Shown here: piece after piece, positions 48,515 through 62,917 of the stretch
How positions within the stretch are numbered: the first letter of the stretch is position 1
Layout of the letters: the number at the start of each line of letters is the position of its first letter
Notes under the pieces: generated by a model
Told to the model about the DNA's origin: nothing
The model's input: the letters and a program-made list of their open reading frames with translations, nothing else
Databases searched by the model: none
From: Paraspadella gotoi
Taxonomy: Eukaryota > Animalia > Chaetognatha
Direction: 5' to 3'
NCBI GenBank assembly: GCA_051294375.1
Contig: CM119264.1
Coordinates: forward strand, 2,311,631-2,375,630
DNA length: 64,000 bases
Program-made: the position numbers and the translations under genes

Positions 48515-50378
48515 TTTCTTTGGTTTATTATTTTTAAAAAGTATTTAAATGAAAAGAAAAAAAACCGTTTCCCCGAATTTAGATTAAGGGAGACGGATAT
48601 TTATTCTAGTTAATCCTAGGAAAAAATATTCAGTAAACAATAAAACTTTTCTTTTATAAAACAAAATAAAAAAAATCTTGGAAATGAGACACGAGCTAAG
48701 CAAAAAGCTAATAAAAAATCCTAGAGCTCCGGAAAAAAATGTTTAACTTTAAAACCCGGGAGAGAAGATACATGAGTTTAACTGTGGCTAAAAAGAAAGT
48801 GAATTTTAGTCGCTTAATGCATTTATCGACGGCTTATTTTGAAATAAGAAATAGTTATGTCTAAAAACTTTACGCATTTCAGACTGGACTGAAATGAATA
48901 AACTATAGCCAAGGAAAATCTTTTTTCTCGTAATATTTAGTTTGACAGAAAAAAAAGGCAAAATATAAAAAATTATATCGGGGTAATATTTTTTAAATCT
49001 TAATCAATAGATAGTAAAAACTGTGTTTGATAATTCAATCGTGTCAGAAATGACGAATATCTTTAACACATATGGGGAATGTTTACTCCAAGTCATTCCA
49101 CATTAAAAAAAATGATTTTCGTTACCATTTCGATGAATAGTCAGATTTATTTTGCTAGACTAGCAATGGATTTCACATAACCTCGTTCTAAAATTTATAT
49201 ATAAGTATATCGCAATTATTGCATCTAAACGACAGCGAATTTTACATCAAAATATGGGCAATAACACTGAGATCATGAAACGAAACAATTTACCTAATCT
49301 TAGCGTTTAATAGACTGTATATTAAGTTTTTAGTATTAGCTAGACGCGTGAATTTAAAGAAAGCCATAAAAGTAAAAAAATTATAACAAATAGCTATCTT
49401 AGAACGAGGTTAAAAAATACACATTTAACAAAAACAACCCGAGAAATTGCCAAAATAATTAGATGGCAAATTAGTTTTGGTACTATTTGTAGATCTGGAA
49501 AGAATGTCTATTTATGTCTATTTATCGCCATACCTATTAGCAAAACGTGTAGGGCGCAAAAAAAAAAAAAAAATACAGTTTACACGCTGCAAATTTTTTG
49601 CCTAATACCTTTCAACAAAAGAGGCAATGTTCCTCCCCTACTATCTTTCGAAAGCCGATGTGTAGCAGTAGATAAGAATGCATACGAACTTAGTACTTGC
49701 TAACGACGAAATTCGAAGTATTGAGGGTTAAGGGCTAAGGGGTGCGCCATATAAATTTATAAAAATATGTATCTATATATACTATTCAATATTCATGTCA
49801 TCAATATTGGTAATAAAAACACTAAAAATAATTAAATACTTAGCTATATCGATAATGTCTTTATAAAACTCAAGATTTATACACACCGAGCACCTTGGTT
49901 ATAAGCAACACAAGCTAACTAAATTCCCTTCTGAACTTGTCACAACGGAGTAGATCAGTGAAAAGCAAAGATTCAAAACCCGTCTCGCAGAATATTTTTC
50001 TACGGCAGAGAAATCGAACAACTGGAAACAACTCGACAGCGAGATTAATATTAATTATAACCCAAAAATAGTTTAATATTAAAAATTTTTTTCCCGTAAA
50101 TCGTTTCGTTCACCGATCACAGCGGGCTGCGCGCCCGACTCAACGTCAGCCAACAATTCACCAAAAATAAATTTTTATCACAAGGCGATCACGTGACCGC
50201 TCTGGCGTTAACGAAGCATAACGAGATATAAACCCAAAATATACACAACAATTTCCGCGGAGGGCAGTTTTTTCTTTTTTTTTTTTTTCTTTGTCCCATT
50301 TTTCGTAATTTCTTTTCCTTTTATTTTCGGTTTGATAGTCAAGACGACTTGGAATTTCCGGTCCCGCTCATGCCCACA

Positions 50379-51290
50379 TCATGAGGTCATTGGTTTGACA
50401 GCGACGGCGGCCTCCTCGTCCAACGCCGATAAAACCGTCACGAGAAGCGAATCGCCTTTATCGAACTTTTCCTAAAAGTCGTATCCAAATGCCAAATAAG
50501 AAATTAAACATTTAATAGTAACCTACTTATTACAAAAGTCAAAATAAAAGTGAAAATAATACACTACATACTTGATTTTTTAGCAAAAAAAATTATAATT
50601 ATTTTTTTTTGTCCAGATAACTTCATAATTTTTCAAGGTCAACATTATCTTGAAGTCGTTTTCTAACAAATAAATTTCATAAACATAATCGCGAGTTTAA
50701 TCAAGTTTTTCACGTTTTATTATCACTCCAGTTCAAGTCCGTGTAAATTATAATTTAAAGAAAACGAACCTGTATTTCGTTACCAAGATCATTCTCGGGT
50801 AACTTGATGTCACTACGAGTGTCGCCAGAGTCATCCATGAGAGAGAGAAAGGAGTCCTCTATGTCGACCAATTGGAAATCCTGCAAATTTTAAAATATTT
50901 CCGCCCTTATTATTCCCATAATTATTCCCGCGAATATCATGGAATCGGATCCGTTCTCACCTTTCGACTAACGTTGGGCACGGCCATGTTGTGCGTTGAG
51001 GGGCAGATATCTTCGTATTTTTTTTGGGTGAAGATATCCAGGGCGACGATGTGAACTTTGGCGTGACCGTGTTTTCCTGTCTTCGACGTTGACATATCGA
51101 CAATCTTGCAGGGACGACCTTAAAAAAAGATAAAAAATTGCGATCATGTATGAATTACGCTTGTTTAAAATCGAGAGCATTCGATTTTACCTTTAATCAT
51201 GACGAATCCATTCTTACGAAGGGCAGAAGCTTGCTGGGGATATGTATTCGAGGCTCCCGCCTCGCCTTGAGAAAAGTCTTCATCTCCCAT
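50379..51290 (-). CDS. EIF5A: Translation factor eIF5A, copy 2; exons 51290-51191, 51118-50961, 50880-50770, 50471-50379
   Basis: [12 protein letters not shown] and [12 protein letters not shown]; all introns GT-AG and in phase. Confidence 0.95.
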
Positions 51291-51466
51291 TTTTTCCTCT
51301 GGAGCTCTTTTAAAAAACTAAATCTAAAAGATTAAAAGTCAATTTCGCGATCCCACACAAAAATCACACAATTCACACGCAGAGAATTTACAATCCGATC
51401 AGTTTGAATTCAATAAAGAGACAACAATCTAGACCAAGCCGTTTCTTTTTTTTAATTTAGTCTTCT

Positions 51467-51743
51467 TCACTTCTCCTTCGGATTTCCATTCTCCCATTTT
51501 ACCACGCGACACGATTTCCCTGAAGAAAAAAACCACTCATTTCAAAAGGATATAAGAAAAAATGTTGATGAAAAAAGTATATATCATCAACGATATGAAG
51601 AATTATTCTTGAAATATTAGCTCACCCGAATGCTTTAGGGCCTCTTCCTTTTTAGCAGGCACCATTGATTTTCTCAAAATTCGAGCAGCAACATTAGAGA
51701 ATTGCACGTAATTGAGGCCGGCTTGTCGCCAAAACAAACTCAT
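51467..51743 (-). CDS. ATP5F1E: Mitochondrial ATP synthase F1 epsilon subunit (56 aa); exons 51743-51626, 51519-51467
   Basis: MSLFWRQAGLNYVQFSNVAARILRKS...VVKWENG. Confidence 0.9.
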
Positions 51744-54700
51744 TTTCTTTATAAATGTATATCTTTGACTGTGCTGCAAAGGCAGAAATAGCAAATTCAA
51801 ATTAATGCGAAATATGGCAATATTTCACGTTCGTTATCAACTAACAATATAATCGGTTGGAAAAGTTACCACAAAATAAAGAAATAGACGATAAATTATT
51901 CCAAATAAGCTAAGATTATTTAAACTTAGAAGCTATACTTTATTTGGTCAGCTTGAAAGATGCCACATAATGGAAAAAGTTATTTATGAATATTAAAACT
52001 GAAAGTGATCCAAAAATTCGTAGGTTTCATTAAAAAGGAAACTGCTCAAGTTGAATTGAGTATACCTTAATACTTAACGCAAGTGATGAGATAAAAAGCG
52101 TCAAAAACTTTTCTGTATTCAAAACTAATGAATTTCTTGCGTTAAATAATTTTCCTAAAACAGACTTGTCGAAAACAAGTATCAGCATTAGCGATAGGAG
52201 CGATCGCTGACATTTTCATCCATCAAACTCAATTCCTCACGAAAAAGCGGGGCTCAAAAGACATGCTTTCACTGATATCATTATCAATAAAAATATCAAA
52301 CCATACAAATACTTACAAGACAATTCTAAAATTAAAATAGATTCTAAAATATAACTTACCTCGACAGATTTTACATTAGTTTTGAACAAAATTTAACTGT
52401 ATCTAAATTCGTTATAAACCCTACACAAACCATCGAAAAAATAACCACAGTAAAATAAAAAAAATAAAAACAACAAGCGTGAAAAGTTAAAGGTCATTAA
52501 CCAACCAACATATCCCAGTTACTGATCCAATTCGCTATGAAATGCCTCCCCCCCCCAAAAAAAAAAATCATTTTGAACCACATCAAAAATTTTAAGGTCT
52601 TCGAAAACAGGAATAAATATTACCGAAACATAACTAACCATAGTTAGAGGCAAGAAAGCTTTTTTATTACATAAATGGATGGTTTTTACATCGGTTGTAC
52701 CAATTTTATAAAATAAATTAGGAGCCCGATCTATGAAGATAAAAATATATCTAAAAAGTAGAATTTATAATTTTACAACCATAAGACTTTTCCCATTAGA
52801 ACATCATTATATAAGTTATTAAACTTAAATTCCACATTTGTATTTTAAAAGTGTTTGAAAATGATTAGGGAACTTTTTACCAACGCTAACTAATATCATA
52901 CAGTAGTCAATAGTAAACGATTGTAAAATTACCACTTTTATAAATTTAAGAATTTAAGAATCACCAAAATAACTTATATCTTAAAAACTAAATCAACTAA
53001 TAAATTATAAATATTCTAAAAATTTATATGATATGCTAAATCCTAGGTGACTAGATATCAGATTATCCGAACTATACACAAGTTTGTTTTTGATAAATAT
53101 ACTAGCTTTGCTCAAAACAATATTTATTATTGACATATTTAGTATTTAGAGTAATAGAAAAAATAAGAGAAGTAAAATAAAATTTTAGAAATCTTACGAT
53201 TACGATTCTGTTAACCTTACATATAATTTCATGAAAATGGATTATCTGCATTAGAGTGATTTTTTAGATTCAGTTAAAACTATTTATCAAAAACGAACTG
53301 TGTTTGGAGCAAGTTTTAAACATGTTCCTTTAGATTAGGTTTAAATTAAATACGAAATATTGTTTTAATAAAATAAGGTTAACATAATCAATAAAGAACT
53401 ATATCTAAATATAAAAATATTCATAAACAGAGATAAAAAATAAAAGTAGATATTAGCAATTTAAAAAAAATTATATTTCTTAATAATAAATATAATAATT
53501 TTTATACTTAAGGAATAAATCAAGGCGCTAAAATTACCTAATATTCGTTCGTAAAGGGTTGGTATATCAATATTAAAAGTAGCCTTTGATATACTAGACA
53601 AGAGATGTTAAACTGAATTAGACCATTCTTGCATTGAGCGTCTCAAAAAAGGAGGATCGCGACTTCTTCTTTGTACAAGCAGAAGTAGTTAAATTTGATG
53701 GGACAACTAGAGAATTTCAGCATTCCATGAAAAACCATTTTTATAAAGTCTAAAAATGGGTCATAATTACTGGGTCATGTGACTTACTGTTCCGCCCCTG
53801 ATGCATAAGTATTTTCCCTTGAAAATAAAAAAACGGTTAAGCACGTCAGTTAAAAGAATGTCAAAAAATGTTTAATATTTATTAAAGTGGTAAATTCATT
53901 TGAATTCATCATAGTTACATCAGTTTTCACTGGTTTTCTCTATAATAGAGACTACTGTACCACGAACCACCTTACTATTTTCTTAATGAATAAACCAGAT
54001 AGGGCCTTCCACTCTCTTTTACCTATTCCATTTGAATGATTTTCATAAGATCATAATGAAAAATCTTAAAAGTATTGTGATGTCGCCAGACGTTACTATC
54101 AAAGAAACTTAATTACAAAATTCGGAAAAAAAAAAAATTGATGCGATAATAAATTATTGAAGTAATAATAATTGATTGATTGATGTAATAGTAATTGAAT
54201 TATTTATGTAATAGTAATTGATGTAATAGTAATTGATGTAATAATAATTGATTGATATAATAAAAGTTACATACAAAAATTTTAAATATTAATTATAATG
54301 AAGACTCGAAATAAAGAGTCGAAACATATCCATACACAAATAAAATCGTTGATGAAATCATTTTCAAATTTTGCTTAAATGTTAATTATAAATAATATAC
54401 CATCAGTGAACATTAATTTGTAAAAAACTTAATTATATATGCTTTAATTTTATAAAATCAAAAAATTTTAAAATAAGCTTTTTTAAAATTTTTATTGCAG
54501 ATTTGAATACCTTGACAAAAATTGATAAAAGAAAATATTGCAGACTTCGTCATCGTCGTTATTATATTCGTCGTCGTCTTTGTTCGAATCATTTAAACTC
54601 CTAAAATATAAATCATTTTTAAAAACTTTCATTAAATAGGTTAAAAATTTAAAAAACTATATTTAATATATAAAATTTTAATTTTCAGCTTAAAATATAG

Positions 54701-56169
54701 GTTTTTATATTTGAACAACTTAATAAAATAATTTTTAAAGAAGAATTCTATTTCTTTATATCAACTTTCATGACAAATACAAATCTGCAAAAAATCTTAC
54801 AAAAAACTACTTTGAAATTTAAACATTTATTGGATTAATATTAGTATATATATGACCTATTATATAAATTATAAAATTTATTATAAAACTTTTATATACA
54901 TAAATGTTCATTAATATAACGTTGTTCATTCCTCACTTTTAAAATTTTAATTAAAATTAAATTTAGAATTTTTACTACGCAATAATCTATATATATAAAA
55001 ATTGTTTGGTAAATAAAACAAACAAATGAATGGAGGAATATGAAACATAATAATTTAAAAGACCTCGATGATGAAAATCCATATCTAAATTTTTAGTTTC
55101 CTATGGTTACACACTTGAGCTATTTCCAATGTTTAAACAGCGTAACGACGATGGCACAAAGAAGCAATACTAAATGGCTATCTACGCCCAAGAAGGGCTA
55201 AAGCCCGTCTGGCGAGATAAAAAAAATAGTGTTCAGAAATATTTCAAAGAACCCACGAGAAAAACTAGATATTCTTATCGATGCTATTAGTTCATAATCA
55301 ACAACCTTAAAAAAAACCCGCAATTTTTGTTATGGGCATGAAGTGGTAAAATATAATAAGACCAGTGTGTTTCACCCAATAACCAGATCTGTAGAGCTGA
55401 CATAAAAATAGGTGTTTCTGGAAAAAAATTTATCTTGATAATTTTAAAAATAACAAAATACAATTCATATTATTTTTATAAAATAAATTTGTAAAATTTT
55501 ATATCCACCCCCTGTCATTCCGCGTTACAAAAAGAATAAATTTTTAAATTTCAATGCTGAAAAATTGTAGAAAGTTGAACGAGCGAACATGAATTAAAAT
55601 AATGGTTTAAATAGTTCGAATGTTTGGTTGAAGTTATTCTTGAGTGTATTTAAAAATTGTTAAACTTTTTAACATAGGCCGATAGGGATAGATTCAGCAA
55701 TTTGGTGTTCATAGTGTCTTCAATTTTTGAAGGCAAGCAGTTAACGCAATAGGGACTAAAAAACTTATAAATTCAAACCACTTTTAAAATTACATTAATT
55801 ATGCCGATTTAAAATGGTTTCGATATTTCCTTTCCTTTTCAAGATCAAAACACAGCCTAAAAAATAGTTTTATAAAGAGATGATAATGATATTAAAACTT
55901 GATGAAAAATCCCACAGAATGATTAAGAATACCACTGAAAATTTTATGGCACTACATGAGTGAAATGCTTCACGCACTCTTAATAGTTTTAATGGTGCAG
56001 AAGCGGAAGGCAATGTACAGGAAATATATTTTTAAAAAATGGTTTTAATGACAATGATTGTTCCGGCGAAAAAAATTACTAAATGAAAAAAAGGATTAAC
56101 AATGAACTTAAAGGAATGAATCAGGGATTCGTTAAGCATATCTCGAAGGTTTTTTTCGATTAGGAAGCA

Positions 56170-59100
56170 CTAACTCTGTGGCGCGGTCGGAACTTGAGGT
56201 TGTGATGCAAATGTCGGATGAACATGGGCTTGCAAATGTGAGTTGGAAGGAGCTGCGCCCTGGGCTATAGCAATCTGACCTGGGTGGGGATAAGGAGCTC
56301 CGCCGGGTGTTTGAAGGTAAGCTGGGGGCGGAGGGGGAACATGCACAACACCATGTGCCGATCCAACAGCAGTAGCTGCGGCAGCAGCGCTGTGATGCTG
56401 TTGCTGCTGAGCAGCGACAGCGGCGATATAATGGGCGTTAGCGGGAGCGGATACAACGTTCCCGTGAATAAGCTGCATGCTTTGCTGAGTAGGAGCCGCG
56501 ACGTGAATACCGCCATGGGTTGCGGCGGTCAGGACAGCTTGGGAAGCCGAAGAAACGGGTAAACCAGCGGGAAGCTGTTGAATTGGTTGAGGAGCAGCTG
56601 CTCCAAGCTGCGGATTTTGAGTTGGAATTCCAGGATGAGGAATAGGAACCAGATGAGGAACGACTCCTGCAACGGGGGACGTTAGGGTCTGCTGTGGCTG
56701 ATGCAATATTTGTTGCGGAGTAACGGTCGTCTGTGGGAGAGGCAACCCTCCGGCGGCAGCATTGCCGGTAATTATATTTGCTGTCCCCGGCAAACTCGGA
56801 GGATTGCCGGTTTGTGGATAAGTCGCCACCGATGGTACTTGATGTTGTACGGCGTGAAAAGCGTGGCTAGTTTCTGGGGGGCTACTTCCTTGTTTCATTA
56901 CTTGCGGTAAGACTATCGCAGAAACTCCTTGATGTTGCTGCTGCAGCTGCTGCTGTTGAGGTATGGCTCCTGCATATTGTTGAGATATTCCCGACTGACT
57001 GGAAATGGGACCAGGAAGGGGAGTGGGTTGACCCTGCGCCGTGACATAAACGGTTTGCGGACCAACTTGAGTACTAGAATAAGTGACATTTTCAGCAGTA
57101 CTAGTAGTTGTTCCAGAACTGTTGGCACCGACATAAAAATGTTGAAGCGTAACTCCATTCGCGTGATTGCCAGGTGAAGACATGCGCGGTTGACCGTTGG
57201 AATTCGGACCCGTCGGAACCATTTGATAATATTGAGCTGGCGGCGGTTGCAAAGAGGGCGGCCCGACGAGAACCGGGTGAAACTGAGGATGCAAAGCCCC
57301 GACGCCGGTGGGTGCGGTCGCGGCGGCGGAAGCCGGATGTTCGGTCGCCATAGTACGATGCGCCTGAACTGCGACCGCAGCCTGAGCTTGGGCAACGGCC
57401 TGAATTTGCTGAGCCTGTTGTATCTGCTGAGCAACAATAGCCTGTTGAGCTTGCTGAGCATGGGCCATAGCAAGCGGCACCATCGTAGGCACATGCAGCG
57501 GCTGACCTCCAGCAGGAGCGTATGCCTTTTTCGGCGCGTATCTTGGTCCGACGTGCGGAAGCTGTAACTGCACCGCAGTGGGATTGGTGCCCTGCGTCGG
57601 GACCCCAGCGTTGGGAGGGGCGGGACCACCAGCCAGGCTCGACAAGTATTGTATCGGCACGATGGTCGGGAATTGCGGACCGCCGTGAAGGTAATAGGGC
57701 AAAAGGCCGGGCGCCGGAGACGGCAAGCTGCTCGGAGGCCGGGGCGGGGAAGGAGTCTTTTTCCCGCCGGAAACGAGGTTGTTTCGAGAAGACGAAGAAT
57801 AGGGAGTGGTCGTCGTCGTCGCGGAAGTTGTCGTCACGTTTGACTCCGACTTTGCCGACGACGACGTCGTCGTCGTAGTCGTCGACGGGGGCGAAGTCGG
57901 CGAAAAAACAAACTCTTTGGCGTTGGGATTAAAAACGAAAGTCTTGGCGTTTGGATTCAATCCGGGATTTTTGTCCTCGCCGACCGTTTCTTCGTCTCCG
58001 TCAACGTCTGCGTCGGGATCGACGTTCGACTCTTCTTTGGTACGTTCCTTAACCTCCCCGTCCGATCCGTCACCCGCGCCACGAACTCCGTCAGACCCGA
58101 CCCCCGTCGGCGGCTGCAAATCTTTCTGGAGAATCGACTGAACCAACTGAAAGTTTTCGTTGAAAGTCTTGAGTTCCTTCTTTTCCGCTTCGAACTTTCG
58201 CTTGGCCTCCGACTCGAAGTCGGTCGACGTTTCCGCGGATTTCTCACGAGGACCCCTCGCTTCTTTATTTTCCTCTTTTCCCGCGAAAAGAGGCTTTTCG
58301 GTTTCGCTCTTCGCCGGTTGAGCTGCGACCGATTCCGCCGACGCTTTTTCAGCCTTGGCGGTCCTTCCCGCGTGACGACGCTCGGGGCTGTTTCTCTTCG
58401 GTTTCGGGGGTTCCTCCTCGGCCCGAGAGGGGAGGGGAGTCATCGCCGACGCTGGGGCAACCGTAGCCGCCAGTGAGGGATCGTCCGGCGGCGTCGGCTT
58501 GACGGCGACCGAGTGATGGTCGATTTTGGCCGCGACCTGAACCTGGGAGGGCGCGGTAGATGAAACCTTTGAAGCGGTCGTAGTGGGGGCACCGCTTGGA
58601 TTAAGAGAGGAAGGATTCGTCGTGACGCAGGGGGCAGACAACGCGGGGAGAGGGACCCCGGGAGCGACGGTCGAGACAGAAGTCAAAGCGGCGGAAATAG
58701 AATCGGGGGTTTTATCTGCGGTCGCGATTGTGGCGGCGCCGGCGGCGGACATGGGAGACGAGGGGATTTTTGAGGACGCGTTGATCGGCGCGGATGTCTT
58801 GACCGAAGGAGCAGCGGGTGACGCGGAGGGTGGCGCGGGATGGCGCGCCACTGCCGCCCATCGACCTTCCTCTTCGCCGACGTCGTCGCTGACGCCGTCG
58901 CAACCGTCATCGTTTTCTTTTTCAGCGCGGGCGCGATGCTGGTGGCGAAGGACAATGAGAGGTGAGAGGAACCGTGTGGGTTTATATTATATTATATACA
59001 TAATGAAAGTCATAAAAGAGTCCTAATGACGATATAAATGGAACTATCGAGGCGAATTCTGATATTCAACCCCTGACAAGAAATACAGGTCCCTGGGTCT

Positions 59101-60026
59101 GGTCCCCTGGGGGGCCAAAAAAGAAACTAAAATTGATAAGTTTTTAAAAATTAAGCATTGTTTGAAGATGCATAGTTCATCATTTTACTTCCAATTTCCC
59201 CAAATTATTCCATATCTGACTTGACCAGCTGATGTTCATGAAGCTAAAAATTAAGGTATATTTTTAGTAATAAATACGTGTTTGTGGAAGAGTAAACGTC
59301 TGTGCAACTGTTCAAAACAAAAATAATTTAAAAAATTTTTGCCCCTATGGATGACCCCCTCCCCCGGGGGGCCCATATCTGGGCTCAGGGGTCAAATATT
59401 GAAATTCGCCTCCAGAGGCCTATTTGTATTCACATAGGGAATGAATTTGGTGAATTTGAATTTGGTGCAGTAGTTTTCTCGGAACGTGTTCTGGTCACAA
59501 ATAATAATAATAATAATAATAATAATATAATATGAAGCCTTCTGAATTCAACATTTTGTGGACTCCCTTTTTATTTCAATTGAGTTTCTTACCTGAGGAG
59601 AATCTTCAATCTCCTTAGCCAATCGCTCCGCCCGCTCCAAGCGTTGGCGGAACTCTTCCGAGTCGTCCTTGTTGAGCGGGGTGGTGTAGTCTTTGAGCGA
59701 AGGGTCATAGCTGCTTCGGACGCCGTACTTGAGCGCGTTTTGCCGAAACATATCGTTGGCGTCCCAGCCGTTGACGGCGGCTCCGTTCGAAATCGGCAAT
59801 TCTGAATTTTCAAGAAAACAAGAGTTGAGACCAAGAAAATGAGAGTTGACAAAACGCTCGATACATTTTTCGTTCTGACTCACCGTCGATGGGATTATCG
59901 CGGCGTTCCAATTCTTCGTCGCCGCTACCGACGCCGCCGTCCCACGGCTCCAACTGACGCTCAGGAATTCTCGAGTTCGATCCTGACCCGGAGACGTCGC
60001 CGTTCACCAAGCGAAAGTCGCCGTCC
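56170..60026 (-). CDS. ATXN2: Ataxin-2 family protein, 3' exons 60026-59884, 59801-59593, 58938-56170 (5' exons not located)
   Basis: LsmAD GWDANDMFRQNALKYGVRSSYDPSLKDYT...AERLAKEIE; PAM2 LNPNAKEF-type motifs; P/Q/A-rich tail. Confidence 0.9.
59049..59412. mobile_element. Inverted-repeat non-autonomous element in ATXN2 intron
   Basis: gaggcgaattctgatattcaacccctga versus tcaggggtcaaatattgaaattcgcctc. Confidence 0.5.
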
Positions 60027-61174
60027 CTGAAAAAATGTTTAATTGTTAAGTGAAATTTCAATCAAATACACTGCGGCGCAAAAAAAATAAGACACTTCTT
60101 TCACACCAAAAAAACTATATTGGATGCATGAATTCACTAAGATATAAAAAGATAAAACAAAGCTTATTGAAAGATAAAGCGATTGGTCCAGGTCCCATTA
60201 AAATCGATCAAAGCGTCAGAAAGTTATAGGACGTCAAAGTCGATTGGTACAAAACATCTGACGAAAACAAATTAATTTTAATCAAGAAGAGTAACTTTTC
60301 CTAATTACAATATATTTATAATATGAAATTAGCTCAAAAAATTCAGCATCAAATATATGTAAGGATAGGTGTAAACCATTTTCAACATAAATCAAATTAA
60401 AATAAGTAAGGAAACTATATAGAAAAATCTTAAAAGCATAAGGATCGTCGCAATTACATAGAGAGAGAGAGAGTTTTCAAAACTACCTCAAAAAGCTACT
60501 TTATCGAAAATAGAATTTAACACGATCCTGTTACTTTAAACAATTAATTATACTTCAAACTACTTTTTGTACTTCAATTTTACTTCAAGCTACTCTATCA
60601 AGATTACACGGTCACATTACTTCAACTGTTAGTTGTACTAAGCTGCTATATCACTTTCAAGTTTACATGATGTATGGACTCTTTCTAAATTACAGTGTAA
60701 ACAATTGTTTTTGTTAGAAACCCGATCCCAGCCCAACAAAAGTTCTATTGGGGAAATATTAGTATAGACGGTATTTGAAGCAATGCGATCAATAATGTTG
60801 TCAAATAATGAATTGTGACGTATTGTAGAAGCTCATCTGATAACAACAACAACAACGACGACAACGACCAAATCGTGTTGAAACGAATCAACCACTTGAC
60901 CGTTAAGTGGGTCAACCTAATTGGGCCACTAATCCAATTCGATTGTTTCCTTTCTTTAGTTAGTTTTGACCACGAATTGTTTTACCATTGTTTATGATTT
61001 GATATTTCTGTCTTTGCTTATGATTTTTCCTAATCATTACATTTGAAGAAAAATTAAGAAAAACTTGTCTCAATTTCAATCCAAATATTTTGCCAAGTTA
61101 GTCACCTCAATTGGTGATCGCCTACGGAATTGTCTCAAGCCGACCAAAAAGAAAATCACGCAACCTTCATTCAC

Positions 61175-62584
61175 TCAGTACAACTTACTCACAAAACTCT
61201 TCAAATCCAAACGAAGGTGGCAAATGGAAGATATGGCCTGAAGATGAACGCAAACCCTCCCGCCGAGGGGGATGATTGATAAATTACGAACAAATTCAGT
61301 GAGGGAGATCATACTAGCTGCATCTAAAGCAATTTCCCTATCAATATGAATCGGTAATTTATGAAATATTTTGATTGCTCGTAATTGTAACTGATTAATT
61401 TTTTCCCAATGGCATTTAGCAGCATTAAGAAAACAAGGGATAGAATATATAAATAAAGATACTACTAAGGAAGAAAACAATTGATGGGCAAGATTAAAAT
61501 TGTCACCAACAACAAAACGGGATAGATGGTTAATAAGGCTGGTTAAATTTGATCCCTTTTTATCATTAAAAGTTCTGTCATATAAAATTCATTTGTCCAT
61601 CATATACTTAATCAATATTTACTATCACTTTTATAACTAGTGAAGCACAGTATAACATTGAAGTATTTAAATATTTATAAATGCATAAGCAATGAAAAAA
61701 TTTTTTTATAAAAATTTTATTTTTTAAAAACGGATTCAGATAGCCCATAAAAAGTTGTCTACACAAAGTATAATGCGTTTTTCAATATTTCGATGATAAG
61801 TGGGTCAAATAAGGGAAAAACCCTTAAAAATCATCATCATCATCATACCATAATTTTTATAGTTTTTGCTAATTTTAACCAATAAAACATAAAAATTTAG
61901 AATTCTTGTAATAATATTTTTTATTTATTTTTGCAAGCTCTACCCGAATCCGTTTTAAAAAATTCTGAATTTGAAATATAAAATTTTCATGATTTATAGT
62001 AATACGATAAACTTTAAATGCTTCTATGTTATTAACTATACATAAAATCTTAATTTTTAAAAAAAATTTGTTATCCCACAGGGATGCTTCAACGTTATTT
62101 ATATGACAGAACTTCTTTAGTTTTACCTTGTTCCGCCTTAATAGTTAATTGCTAATATTTTTGATTTTGCTTTAGAAAACAATTCGTTAATATGCATTGT
62201 CCATGTTAGTTTACGATCTATTTTACAACCAAGAAAACAGACTGAATTACAGACTTGAGAATTCTTTCATTAAAAAGATATAGTTTTACGTCGTAGTTGA
62301 ATAAAGAAGGACATCTAGTGATTAGAATGCAATTCGATTTAGCAGGACATAAACCCAAGAACCATGTATTGCACCATTTTTCTAGACGGTTAAGTGTTTC
62401 TTGGAGGCAACTAGAGGCCGCGTTCAAGTTTTGGGAGACTGCCCAAGCGGAAGAGTCATCAGCATAATGAGAGGAGTTTTCTAAGACTTCTTGTTTTAAG
62501 TGTGAGGTTGATATTTGTTTGTCACAATCTATATCACTTTGAAGAGGGAGATCTTCAATATAGAAAGCAAAGATCTCAGGACTT

Positions 62585-62590
<6 letters not shown>
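61175..62590 (-). pseudogene. Degenerate non-LTR retrotransposon reverse transcriptase fragment
   Basis: LSPEIFAFYIEDLP, HYADD, RLEKWCNTW, FLGCKIDRKLTWTMHI; contains stops and frameshifts. Confidence 0.8.
61570..62113. mobile_element. MITE inserted in the RT fragment
   Basis: 17-bp TIRs AAGTTCTGTCATATAAA / TTTATATGACAGAACTT; AT-rich non-coding interior. Confidence 0.65.
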
Positions 62591-62632
<42 letters not shown>

Positions 62633-62864
62633 AAAACGAAATAAAAACCCTATGTTGCGATAGTAAAATGATAACATGCACGAATGCGATGCCTAATTTT
62701 ACGAGTTAGATCCTAATTCAATTTTTTTTTATAAAAACGCAGAAAGAGAGAAACCAAATCGTTTTCGGACGAATCAGCAGAAGCAGCAGGAGAAAACTTT
62801 TTTATAGTCAAATAAACTGATCAGCAGACACAGCCCCTGAGGAAAAAAAAAGAGAGAGAGAAAG

Positions 62865-62917
<53 letters not shown>

